The notes under the pieces: model-generated | What the model was told of the DNA's origin: nothing | The model's database searches: none | The model's input: only the letters and a program-made list of their open reading frames with translations | From: Candidatus Limnocylindrales bacterium | GTDB lineage: Bacteria > Chloroflexota > Limnocylindria > Limnocylindrales > CSP1-4 | DNA: 64,000 bases | Direction: 5' to 3' | NCBI GenBank assembly: GCA_051306295.1 | Contig: JBPPMZ010000125.1 | Span: forward strand, 453-64,452 | Translations under genes and position numbers: made by a program | Shown: piece after piece, positions 37,300-46,289 of the stretch | Position numbering within the stretch: position 1 is the stretch's first letter | Layout of the letters: each line of letters begins with the position of its first letter

Positions 37300-40122
37300 A
37301 TGCCCCCTGTCGATCTCGCGGCGTCGTCCTCTCCCGACATCGTCGGCCGGTCGATGGAACTTCAGGCGGTCGAGGATCTTCTTGCGGCGGCGACATCGGG
37401 CACTCAGGGAGCGGTCGGGCTGCTCATCGAAGGCGACGCGGGCGTCGGCAAGTCGATGCTCTGGCGAGCTGCGGTGAGGCTGGCCAACGAGCGCTTGATG
37501 GATGTCGTGCTGTGTGCACCGGCGGCGGTCGAGCAGGCGCTCTCGTTCGTCGCACTGCGCGACCTGATGGGCGGACTGCCGAGTGAGGAGTTGGATCGGC
37601 TGCCTCCACCGCAACGCAAGGCGCTCGGAGCGGCCCTGCTTCGGTTCGACGCCGACGCGGCGGTGGACCAGGGCGCGCTGGGCGTCGCACTCACGGCCGT
37701 CATCCGGCGCCGAACTGACGATCGACCGACCCTCCTGGCCATCGACGACACCCAGTGGCTGGATCCGCCGTCGGCTCGTAGCCTCGCCTTCGTCCTGCGC
37801 CGCCTGGCCGATGCCCGCCTCGGAGTGCTCATGACGCGACGTTCCGGTGAGGAAGCCCCGCTCTTCGAAGCGGCCGATCAGACGCTCGAGGCGCGATCGC
37901 AGCGGATCCGTCTCGGCCCTATCAGTTTCGGGGCGCTGCATCGTCTCCTCACATCACGGACCGGCCACCGATTCGCGCGCCCCGTCGTGGCGCGGATCGA
38001 ACGCGCCTCAGGTGGCAACCCGATGACGGCGCTCGAGATAGCGCGAGCGCTCCTCGAGTCCGGCGCCGGCGAGCTGGGTCCCGGCCAGGACCTGCCTGTC
38101 CCCGATCGGTTGCGCGACCTGCTGGACGCCCGGCTTGCGCGACTTAGCTCCCAGGGCCGGGCGGCGGTGCTCCTTGCGGCCGCATTGTCGCATCCGACTA
38201 CCGCGCTGATCGCCGCGGCCTCGCACGACCAGGCGGCGGCAGGCGATGGGCTTGCGGAAGCCGAGTCGGCGGGCATCGTCGCGATCGACGAGGGCCGGGT
38301 GCGATTCAGTCACCCACTGTTCGCATCGGTCGTCCAGGCCACCGCAACCACCGCGACTCGGCGTGCCGTGCATCGGCGCCTCGGGATGGTCGTGGCCGGC
38401 GAGGAGGAGCGCGCCTACCACCTCGCACTGGCCGCGACCGATCCGGACGCGGACCTTGCGGATCAGCTCGAAGTCGCAGGTCTCCAGACGTATCACCGGG
38501 GAGCACCTGATGTCGGGGCCGGGTTGCTCGCTCGGGCCGGGGCCCTGACTCCGACCACTGACCTCGTTGCACGAGGACGCAGGGCCGTCCTGGAGGCGGA
38601 GGCCCGAATGGAGGCCGGTGACCTCGCGGGCTCTGGGGACGTGCTCGAACGGGCGCGCGCCTGGATCCCGCCCGGGCGCCAACGTGCCGACGCGCTCCTG
38701 CTCCTCGGCACGGTCCACTGGTACCTCCACCTGGAACAGGCGATCGCGACGCTGGAGGAGGCACTGGCGGACGCCGCAGATGACGCGACGCTCCGCGGCC
38801 GTATCCATAGCCGGATGGCTCTGTTCGAAACTGATGTCGAGGCCAGTCGGGCGCACGGTCGGGCGGCCGTAGCGCTCATCGACCCCGCGATCGATCCGTC
38901 TGGACGCGCCTTCGCTCTGTTCGGGCTCTTCTTCGCTGACCTGCAAGCCGGGTCGCCCCCGGATCTGCAGGCGTTCGAGTCGGCGCTTGCGATCGAGCCC
39001 GATATCCCCTCCTGGGAAGCAAGCACGGTTCCCGCGCTCTGGTGGATGTACATCGACCAGCACGACCGCGCACGAGCGCGGCTCGAGAGGCACCTCAAGT
39101 GGGCGCGCGACTCGGGCGACGAATCGTCCGACGCCGACCTCTACGTCCACGTCGCGGAGCTCGAGCTCTATGCCGGCAACTGGTCGGCGGCGGACGCGGC
39201 GGCCGACCGCAGCGTCGACGCTGCCGAACAGATGGGTCAGGTCGCGCCTGACCCATCGCACCGGGTCCGTGCCCTCGTGGATGCGCACCTCGGCCGACTG
39301 GACCGAGCGATCGCCGAGGCGGCGGCGGGGGCCGCAGGCTGCCGCGATGTGGACCCGGAGCTGGAGGCGATGTACCTGGACGTGCTGGGCACGGCCCAGC
39401 TGGCCGGGGGTGAGTCTGCATCCGCGGCGGAGGCGTTCGACCGGATGGCGCTCATTCTCGAGGCCCGCGGCGTACGCGAACCGCTCCGCCACCGCACCGA
39501 GCCCGATCACATCGAGGCCCTCGTCGGGATCGGCGCGGCAGATCGCGCGGCGGCGCTGCTCGGCCGACTGGAACGGCGACACGAGATCGTGCCCCGCCCA
39601 TGGATCGCGGACGGGCTGCCACGTTCACGGGCGCTGGTTCGACTGGCTCGCGGAGACTCCGTTGGGGCAGCTGCCGAGCTCGCCGAGACTCTTGAGTCCG
39701 CCACGGCGTCGGATGCCGACGCATTCGCCTTGGGCCGATCCCTTCTTGTTCTCGGCCGCCTCGAACGACAGTTGGGCCATCGTCGGAGCGCCGGGGAAAG
39801 ACTCGACCGGGCCGTGGCCCTGTTCGACTCACTGCCGGCCCCGGCCTGGTCCGCCCAGGCGCGGCAGGAGAGCGACCGGCTCGGGCGCCGGCGCGGGGCT
39901 GGCGACGAGCTCACATCCGCTGAAGCGCGGGTCGTCGAGCTCATCGCCGGCGGCCTGACGAACCGGGCGGTCGCGGACCGGCTAGTCCTGAGTCCCAAGA
40001 CAGTCGAGGCGCACCTGGCCCGCGCGTACGCCAAGCTTGGCGTCCGATCAAGAGCGGAACTCGGGCGGCGCCTGGCAACTGGCAACGCCACCTCCGTGGA
40101 GTCAGACGACCCCGCGTTGTAG
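37300..40122 (+). CDS. LAL-type regulator (large ATP-binding LuxR family: AAA ATPase + TPR-like + C-terminal LuxR HTH)
   Basis: Walker A GDAGVGKS. Long helical-repeat middle. C-terminus LTSAEARVVELIAGGLTNRAVADRLVLSPKTVEAHLARAYAKLGV. Confidence 0.9.
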   Translation: MPPVDLAASSSPDIVGRSMELQAVEDLLAAATSGTQGAVGLLIEGDAGVGKSMLWRAAVRLANERLMDVVLCAPAAVEQALSFVALRDLMGGLPSEELDRLPPPQRKALGAALLRFDADAAVDQGALGVALTAVIRRRTDDRPTLLAIDDTQWLDPPSARSLAFVLRRLADARLGVLMTRRSGEEAPLFEAADQTLEARSQRIRLGPISFGALHRLLTSRTGHRFARPVVARIERASGGNPMTALEIARALLESGAGELGPGQDLPVPDRLRDLLDARLARLSSQGRAAVLLAAALSHPTTALIAAASHDQAAAGDGLAEAESAGIVAIDEGRVRFSHPLFASVVQATATTATRRAVHRRLGMVVAGEEERAYHLALAATDPDADLADQLEVAGLQTYHRGAPDVGAGLLARAGALTPTTDLVARGRRAVLEAEARMEAGDLAGSGDVLERARAWIPPGRQRADALLLLGTVHWYLHLEQAIATLEEALADAADDATLRGRIHSRMALFETDVEASRAHGRAAVALIDPAIDPSGRAFALFGLFFADLQAGSPPDLQAFESALAIEPDIPSWEASTVPALWWMYIDQHDRARARLERHLKWARDSGDESSDADLYVHVAELELYAGNWSAADAAADRSVDAAEQMGQVAPDPSHRVRALVDAHLGRLDRAIAEAAAGAAGCRDVDPELEAMYLDVLGTAQLAGGESASAAEAFDRMALILEARGVREPLRHRTEPDHIEALVGIGAADRAAALLGRLERRHEIVPRPWIADGLPRSRALVRLARGDSVGAAAELAETLESATASDADAFALGRSLLVLGRLERQLGHRRSAGERLDRAVALFDSLPAPAWSAQARQESDRLGRRRGAGDELTSAEARVVELIAGGLTNRAVADRLVLSPKTVEAHLARAYAKLGVRSRAELGRRLATGNATSVESDDPAL

Positions 40123-40140
40123 GGAATCACCGGATGCTGT
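40117..40140 (+). promoter_or_regulatory. Conserved island motif copy A: TTGTAGGGAATCACCGGATGCTGT
   Basis: The 12/12 identical core TTGTAGGGAATC plus a similar extension recurs at 45337-45360. Lies 29 nt upstream of ATG 40169 and overlaps the LAL stop codon. Confidence 0.45.
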
Positions 40141-40168
40141 CCGGACGCGCGGCCCACATCGTGTCGAG

Positions 40169-40504
40169 ATGACACCTGACCGCTTACCGGCTCCGCGCAC
40201 GTCGTTCCGGACCTTCCTCGCCGAGCGCTACCGCGCGGGCACCTCCCAGGCGATCGCTCGCCGCGAATCCGAAGCCGCACGAGTCGCGACCGTGGAGCTG
40301 TCAAAGGAGGGTCGTTTGGTGACGCTCATCGGATCCCTCCTCGTTCCGAGCGACGAGACGGTCTTCTCGCTGTTCGTGTCGGCGTCACCCGACGACGTCG
40401 CCGCCGTGGGCGAGCGGACCGATCAGCCATACGACCGGATCTCGGAGGGGGTCCCTGTCACGCCATCACGGGCTCGCACCGTCAAAAGACGGGCACCCCG
40501 ATGA
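40169..40504 (+). CDS. DUF4242-like small protein (111 aa)
   Basis: The pattern ...FLAERYRAG...AARVATVELSKEGRLVTLIGSLLVPSDETVFSLFVSASPDDVAAVGERTDQPYDRISEGV resembles the actinobacterial DUF4242 family from memory. Confidence 0.5.
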   Translation: MTPDRLPAPRTSFRTFLAERYRAGTSQAIARRESEAARVATVELSKEGRLVTLIGSLLVPSDETVFSLFVSASPDDVAAVGERTDQPYDRISEGVPVTPSRARTVKRRAPR

Positions 40505-43500
40505 CCGACTCCCAGCCCTCGTTCCACGCACGACCGGTCCGGTCGCTGATCGCGGGGCTCTTGACTGCTGCGATCGTCGCGGCGTGTTCGAGCACGCCAC
40601 CGACGGCCAGCCCTGGAGCCTCGGCTGCCCCGTTCGGATCGGCCGACGTCACGGCGGCAGTCCAGACGCTGGCATCGGCCGGCGTCGCGGTCCGTGTCAG
40701 GCCCGCGGATGCGCCGCTCCTGACGCCGACCGGCCAGAGCCGGGTCGCATTGCTTCGATTCCAGGTTCGCAACCTGGCCCTGGATGCGCGCGGCGGCGGT
40801 CTGCGCGGCTCCGAACTGGACGAGGTGGCGGTGGCAAACGGCGGACTGCCGGCCTCGTATCTCATCGCAGCCTGGGCGGAGGGCGCCGGCACGCTGGCCG
40901 CCGCCGCGGGCTCGAAGCTCCTCGGTGAGATGACGTCGACCGACCCGCCGGCGATGCGCTTTCCCGGCCTCGCCGTTGCGTTGTTCCTCGCGGACACGCT
41001 GCCGGATCCGGCCACTGCGACGGGAACCCCCAAGTTGGCGGCGGTCGGTCAGGTCGCCGCGGCGCCGATCGGTTTCTGTGATGAGGTCGGCGCCTACTTG
41101 AGCGGGGTCCTCGAAGGCATGCTCGACCCGACCCAGGCCCTTGCTCCCGCCTGGCTCGAGGGCGCCATCGACCGATACGCTCTGTTGGAGAGCGACCCCG
41201 TCAAGCTGCGCAACGCCGTCGCCGCGACCGCCATGCTCGTCTACGCGACGAGCATCTCCCGCCCATGGGTCGTCGAGATGGTCACTAGCCCGGGCGCGGT
41301 CCACTACCTCGTCGGTGACGAGGGCCAGCTCACCGGGGTGCCGCCCAACTCGGTCCGGATCGGAGTCGATGCAGGCGACGGGACCTTCGCCGACGAGGTC
41401 AACGGCTGCGCAGAGCTAGCCAGCGCCCAGCTTGCGGAGACTGACGTGGACGGCAGCCCGGTGACCTGGATCATGCCCCGCCTCGAGGGCCACGCCGAAG
41501 AGATCCCGATCGACGATATCGACGACGAGCTCGACGAGAATGGTGCCGCCGGCGTCGAATACACGACCCTGGATGAAACCACGAAGATGCACGACGAGGG
41601 CACCGAAGAGCGGGAGTTGGTGGTCGTCTGGGCCTTCATCGAGCGGCAGGACGTGACCTCGCTGAAGGCCCTCGTCGAACAGCTCATCGGCGGCACCGGG
41701 ATCCTCGCCCCCAACAGCCGGGCCGTCTACGACCGAGTCAAGCCTCAGCTCGACTCGCTGCTTGTCCCCCGTGCCTGGGAACAGGTCGATGTCTCATGGC
41801 ACGAGGCGCTCGAGCCGAGCCCGAGCCCCTCGCCGCCGCAGCCGTGCGCCGCGGGTTGCGCCGGCAGCAACGGCGATCCGCATCTGCGCACGGTCAACGG
41901 CGTCAGGTACGACTTCCAGGCCGCGGGCGAGTTCACGCTCCTCCGTTCACAGGATGGCTTGACCGAGATCCAGGCACGGCAGGAGCCCGTCTCGGTCGGT
42001 CGGGGTGTTGCCATGAACACCGCCATCGTCGTGCGCTCGGGAGACCACCGGATCGGCGTCTACGCGACAAAGGCCGGCACGACGGTCCGGCTCGACGGTC
42101 AGCCGGTCGACGCCTCGGGACCGACCGACCTGGGTGGGGGCCTGCGTCTCTCGATCCGACGATCGGGTGTCGAGGTCGGCCTTCCCGACGGGACCGTGAT
42201 CTACGCGATGGCTTTCGGCCGGATCAACCTCCAGATCGCTCCATCCGACGCGATGCGCCGCGCCGCCGTGGGGATCCTCGGGCCTGTGCCCGACGGCGCA
42301 AGTCTGCCCGCTCTGCCCGACGGCACCGTCCTGCCGGTCGACGGCGATCGGGTGCCGTTCCTGTACGGCCCGTTCGCCGACGGATGGCAGGTGACCGACA
42401 GCACGAGCCTGTTCGACTATGAGCAGGGGACGTCGAGCGCGACCTTCGCCAAACCTGAGTTCCCGTCTCCTGACGACATCGTGACCATCGATCGGCTGGA
42501 CCCGGGCGTCCGAGTGGCCGGCGAGACGGCGTGCTCCACGGTCGCCGACCCGGGGTTGCACGAGGAATGCGTCTTCGACGTCGCGATCACCGGCGACCTC
42601 GGCTACGTTGCTGGCTACGACCTGACGGATCAGTTCTTTCGCACCGGAACGGAAGCCTTTGGCCAGCCGGACGACCCGGTCGGTCCGCAACCGGCCGCCT
42701 CAGCGACGCCACTGCCGGTGGGCCCCCTATCGGAGGGCATCGTCGAGGTCCTGCCGAGCGTCGCCAGGTTGCTTGGCTCGGCCATGGGGCCGGACGGGAC
42801 GCTCTATCTCTCCGTGCAGCTGGCCCAGGGCACCTTCGAGGTGGTCGCGGCCGACCCGAAGACCGGGCGGATCACGGCCCGCGTGGAGGCACAGGGCGGG
42901 GGACAGGTCGCGCTGACCGCGGGCGCCGTGTGGGTGGGTGAGTTCGCCGGCGGACCCGCGTGCTCGGTCACCCGCCTCCAGCCAGCGACGCTCGTCGTCG
43001 AGGCGACGATCGCGACCGCGTGCACGACTTTTTACACGGAGCTCGCGGCGACGGCAAACGCGCTGTGGTACCAGGACACTGCCGGGCTCCGGGCGGGTGA
43101 TCCTGGCGCCAAGGTGCGCTGGATCGATCCTGCGACGAACAAGGTCTCGGGCTCCGTCGACCTGCCGTCGACCGTGGTCCCGGATCGGGCGACTGATCTG
43201 CGGGCGACCGACACAGCGGTGTTCTTCGGCTTCGACTCGGACGCTGGATACAGCGAGCTACGCCTCCGTGTCGGACAGGATCGATTCACTTCGGTCCGCA
43301 CGCCCGGCTCTCGAACACTGGTCGCTGGCGATGGCATCTGGGTGCAGGAGGTAGCGGCAGCCTCGTTCTACTCCACCGGCGGAGTGGCCGATCGCACTAT
43401 CCAGATCGAGGGCTCACTCGTCGCCGCCGATGAGCGGGCGCTCTATGTGCAGCGCTTCGGCGCCCAGGGGTCTGTGCAGGAGCTCTGGCGCCACCCGCTC

Positions 43501-43692
43501 GATGGGCAGTCGCCCACACGCCTCGCCAGCGGCGCAACGATCGGCTCGGCGTGGGGTGACCGGAGGCTCGACTACTTCGACGGCGGACCGATCCTCAGTG
43601 CCCCGTCGGCGCTCGTGAAGCTCTGGCTCGTCTACGCCAGCGAGGACACCAGCGAGAGCCGCGTGCTCGCGCAGTGGACCCGCCGTGAGTGA
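40501..43692 (+). CDS. Giant lipoprotein (1063 aa) with central von Willebrand factor type-D (VWD) domain and repeat-rich C-terminus
   Basis: ATGA overlap with the upstream gene. Lipobox VAAC. GDPHLRTVNGVRYDFQAAGEFTLL...GILGPVPDG...FADGWQVTDSTSLFDY...ACSTVADPGLHEECVFDVAITGD matches the VWD pattern. Confidence 0.8.
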   Translation: MTDSQPSFHARPVRSLIAGLLTAAIVAACSSTPPTASPGASAAPFGSADVTAAVQTLASAGVAVRVRPADAPLLTPTGQSRVALLRFQVRNLALDARGGGLRGSELDEVAVANGGLPASYLIAAWAEGAGTLAAAAGSKLLGEMTSTDPPAMRFPGLAVALFLADTLPDPATATGTPKLAAVGQVAAAPIGFCDEVGAYLSGVLEGMLDPTQALAPAWLEGAIDRYALLESDPVKLRNAVAATAMLVYATSISRPWVVEMVTSPGAVHYLVGDEGQLTGVPPNSVRIGVDAGDGTFADEVNGCAELASAQLAETDVDGSPVTWIMPRLEGHAEEIPIDDIDDELDENGAAGVEYTTLDETTKMHDEGTEERELVVVWAFIERQDVTSLKALVEQLIGGTGILAPNSRAVYDRVKPQLDSLLVPRAWEQVDVSWHEALEPSPSPSPPQPCAAGCAGSNGDPHLRTVNGVRYDFQAAGEFTLLRSQDGLTEIQARQEPVSVGRGVAMNTAIVVRSGDHRIGVYATKAGTTVRLDGQPVDASGPTDLGGGLRLSIRRSGVEVGLPDGTVIYAMAFGRINLQIAPSDAMRRAAVGILGPVPDGASLPALPDGTVLPVDGDRVPFLYGPFADGWQVTDSTSLFDYEQGTSSATFAKPEFPSPDDIVTIDRLDPGVRVAGETACSTVADPGLHEECVFDVAITGDLGYVAGYDLTDQFFRTGTEAFGQPDDPVGPQPAASATPLPVGPLSEGIVEVLPSVARLLGSAMGPDGTLYLSVQLAQGTFEVVAADPKTGRITARVEAQGGGQVALTAGAVWVGEFAGGPACSVTRLQPATLVVEATIATACTTFYTELAATANALWYQDTAGLRAGDPGAKVRWIDPATNKVSGSVDLPSTVVPDRATDLRATDTAVFFGFDSDAGYSELRLRVGQDRFTSVRTPGSRTLVAGDGIWVQEVAAASFYSTGGVADRTIQIEGSLVAADERALYVQRFGAQGSVQELWRHPLDGQSPTRLASGATIGSAWGDRRLDYFDGGPILSAPSALVKLWLVYASEDTSESRVLAQWTRRE

Positions 43693-43743
43693 GCCCATGG
43701 CTCATTGGACTGTTATCGGGATCCATCCGAAGGAGATAGCCTC

Positions 43744-45285
43744 GTGAGAACGTTCGTTGCCGTCGTGCTCGTCGTGCTGATGACTGCTGCGTGCGGCGGG
43801 TCGTCGCCGCTGGCCCCGAGCCCGCCACCTGGTGGGTCGGCGACGACCGGATCAACCTCGACCGTCACGCCCGGCGGAGCGACGTTTGCGGTCACATCTG
43901 GCGCGGCGTCGCCCGGCATCGCAGACGTCACATCGGCGTACGGCCTACCGCCCACCACCGACGGGTCGATCACCTATCAGCCTGACGTGGTCATCGTGGA
44001 CGGCGGCGCACGGGCCGTCCGGTCGGTGAGCTCCGATGGCATCAAGTGGACGATCGATGCCAACGCGGGACACGCGTCGGAACTCCAGCTCGACCGGATC
44101 ATGTTCCTGACGAGCCGCGCCGTCGGCCGCGTTCTCGCGATCGTGAGGGAAGGCGACGAGCTGACCGTGACATTGGGTCCGGTCGACCTGACGGACGTCA
44201 TCACGGAGGGTCGTATTGAGGTCAGCGCGGAGATCCCGCTCGACTCGCTGACGGGGCTTGCGGTGCCCGGTGAGCCCACCGCACTGGACTACGCCGAGAC
44301 GCCGACCCAAGGCCGCGTGGACGGCAGCGCGACACTCGCCCTGGCGCGCATCGCGGATCCGACGACCGTTGATGGGCCGCGTAACGACGTCGGCGAGCCC
44401 ACGCTACCGCCGACGACGACCGGCAGCACCTCGGAGATGAGCCTCGGGCCATTCAATGTCGAACTCTCCCGCTCGTCTGCCGACGGAGGGAGGCTCGGCC
44501 TCAAGGCGGGCTACCAGAAGAATGGCGTGACGATCGGTGTTGACTTCGGCGCTGTCCTCCAGAACCCGGTCTACGACGTTGCCCTGGACATCGCCGCCGG
44601 CCGGATCAGCAGCGCGCGGATGCGCATCGATGGGCTCGAGCAACTGACCGTCAAGCTCGACGGCAGCAGCACGACGGGCCTGGCAGGCAACTTCAAGGCG
44701 CGCGCGGAGGTCCCGTTCGAATTCAACATCCCGATCGCCGCGCCGATCCCCATCAATCTGAGCATCCGCCAGAAGTTCATCGTGGAGACCGCCTTCAGTG
44801 CCAAGAACAGCACGATCAGTGCAACCGGCGTCTTCGCGGTCGATGGACCGATCGGGTTCGATTACAAGGGTGGCTCCCTGACCCTGCTCACGCCGAAGGT
44901 CACCGAAACGCAGCCGCTCATCGATTCCCTCAGTGGGATCTCGGTCGGGGTCAACGGGATCGTCGTCGCCTACCAGCTGAAGGTGCTGGGCGGCATCGGC
45001 GTCCCGTTGTTCACGGCTGGACCGTTCGCGGCGATGACGGTATCGACGGGTCTGACCGTCGGTTCGGATCTCGGCATCGTGAAATGCCGGATCGCGTCGC
45101 TCGATGTCGTCGCCGCAGGTGGCCTGGGGTACACGATCTCATCGAGCGGCAAGGGGCTCATCGAGAAGTTCTTCCGGAAGCTCGGCGTGAGCGAGGCCAA
45201 ACTCGACTCGGAGTATTCGAGCGTGACCCAGACGCTTGTGCACGCGGTCCGCTCGGCCCCCGACGTGCCGGTCTGCAAGGGATGA
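43744..45285 (+). CDS. Lipoprotein of unknown family (513 aa)
   Basis: RBS AAGGAGA (43731-43737) and GTG 43744. Signal peptide ending LMTAACGG. Beta-strand-rich Gly/Ser/Thr/Val composition; no family recognised. Confidence 0.7.
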   Translation: MRTFVAVVLVVLMTAACGGSSPLAPSPPPGGSATTGSTSTVTPGGATFAVTSGAASPGIADVTSAYGLPPTTDGSITYQPDVVIVDGGARAVRSVSSDGIKWTIDANAGHASELQLDRIMFLTSRAVGRVLAIVREGDELTVTLGPVDLTDVITEGRIEVSAEIPLDSLTGLAVPGEPTALDYAETPTQGRVDGSATLALARIADPTTVDGPRNDVGEPTLPPTTTGSTSEMSLGPFNVELSRSSADGGRLGLKAGYQKNGVTIGVDFGAVLQNPVYDVALDIAAGRISSARMRIDGLEQLTVKLDGSSTTGLAGNFKARAEVPFEFNIPIAAPIPINLSIRQKFIVETAFSAKNSTISATGVFAVDGPIGFDYKGGSLTLLTPKVTETQPLIDSLSGISVGVNGIVVAYQLKVLGGIGVPLFTAGPFAAMTVSTGLTVGSDLGIVKCRIASLDVVAAGGLGYTISSSGKGLIEKFFRKLGVSEAKLDSEYSSVTQTLVHAVRSAPDVPVCKG

Positions 45286-45336
45286 GCTGCCACAACGTGT
45301 GACGGGACAGGCTGAGCGGCGGAACCGGCCACCAAC

Positions 45337-45360
45337 TTGTAGGGAATCGCCCGATGCCGC
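45337..45360 (+). promoter_or_regulatory. Conserved island motif copy B: TTGTAGGGAATCGCCCGATGCCGC
   Basis: Second copy of the 40117-40140 motif, 83 nt upstream of the collagen-like gene ATG 45443. Confidence 0.45.
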
Positions 45361-45442
45361 CCCGGGTGACGCGACCTAGCTTCGGTATGGCGGACGGTGA
45401 CCCGAACCTCGCGTCGCGATCCCGCCGATCGGAGGAACGCTG

Positions 45443-46198
45443 ATGTCCCGACTTCGTCCCTGGCAGCGGTTCGGACCGCGCCGTATCTTCGCTCTCGGGC
45501 TCGCTCTGACCCTTACCGTCGCGACGACCGCGGTGGTCGCCGCCGTCGTAACATCGGACCCCGGCCCGTTCACCGGATGCCTTGCGACGAAGACGACCGC
45601 GAAGGGCACCCTCTACAACGTCGCGATCGGATCCGCGCCGACCACGGCCTGCGCGAAGGGTGATGGTCAGGTCACCTTCAGCAATGCGCAAGGTCCGATC
45701 GGTCCGCAAGGTCTCCAGGGGCCGATGGGCGACCCGGGCGCGAACGGGATCGACGGCACGAACGGGATCGACGGCACGAACGGGATCGACGGCACGAACG
45801 GTGCAGCGGGGCCGGCGGGGCCGGCCGGTGGCGTGACCGATTCGTATGGTTCGTACGGTGCCGCCAACGTGCCGATCCTCTTGGGTCAGCTCAATACGAA
45901 CGTCGTCCGTTCCGAAGTCGTACCGGCCGGGAACTATGCGATCTTCGCGACCGGGATGGCCCAGAACCTGGATCGCGACGCCTTCTTCCAGTGCTTCATC
46001 CGGGCGGCGGGAACGATCGTCGCTGAGAATGACGCCCTGACCGAAGACGGTTGGCTGCACAACTCCACGATCTCGATCGTCGGTCAGGCGTCGATGCCTA
46101 GCGGGGGAACGATCGAGTTCCTCTGCCAGACCGCCTACGCGGGTGCCGAGGTGCGCCACGGCTCGCTGGTCGCGCTCAAGGTCGGCGCACTGCATTGA
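45443..46198 (+). CDS. Membrane-anchored collagen-like (G-X-Y) repeat protein with globular C-terminal domain
   Basis: RBS GGAGG. N-terminal TM (IFALGLALTLTVATTAVVAAVV). 15 uninterrupted G-X-Y triplets (nt 45692-45829). About 120-aa C-terminal domain. Confidence 0.8.
   Translation: MSRLRPWQRFGPRRIFALGLALTLTVATTAVVAAVVTSDPGPFTGCLATKTTAKGTLYNVAIGSAPTTACAKGDGQVTFSNAQGPIGPQGLQGPMGDPGANGIDGTNGIDGTNGIDGTNGAAGPAGPAGGVTDSYGSYGAANVPILLGQLNTNVVRSEVVPAGNYAIFATGMAQNLDRDAFFQCFIRAAGTIVAENDALTEDGWLHNSTISIVGQASMPSGGTIEFLCQTAYAGAEVRHGSLVALKVGALH
45742..45801 (+). repeat. Exact 18-nt tandem repeat GAACGGGATCGACGGCAC x3.3 inside the collagen-like region
   Basis: Read directly from the sequence. Encodes (N)GIDGT repeated three times. 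Confidence 0.9.
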
Positions 46199-46289
46199 CT
46201 ACCTCTTCAGGCGCTTCCACGTCCGCCTCCGCGCGTGTCGGACGCGCCAAGCGGAGACAACCTGCCAATCTACCTTCAGGAGTTCAGTC

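Noticed and set aside
37057-37941. 294-aa minus-strand ORF overlapping the start of the LAL regulator gene
   Set aside because: It is antisense to a gene with a clear Walker A motif and shows no family features.
45742-45801. Tandem 18-nt repeats considered as a CRISPR or non-coding VNTR
   Set aside because: The units are directly adjacent with no spacers, lie in frame inside a G-X-Y coding region, and no cas genes are nearby.
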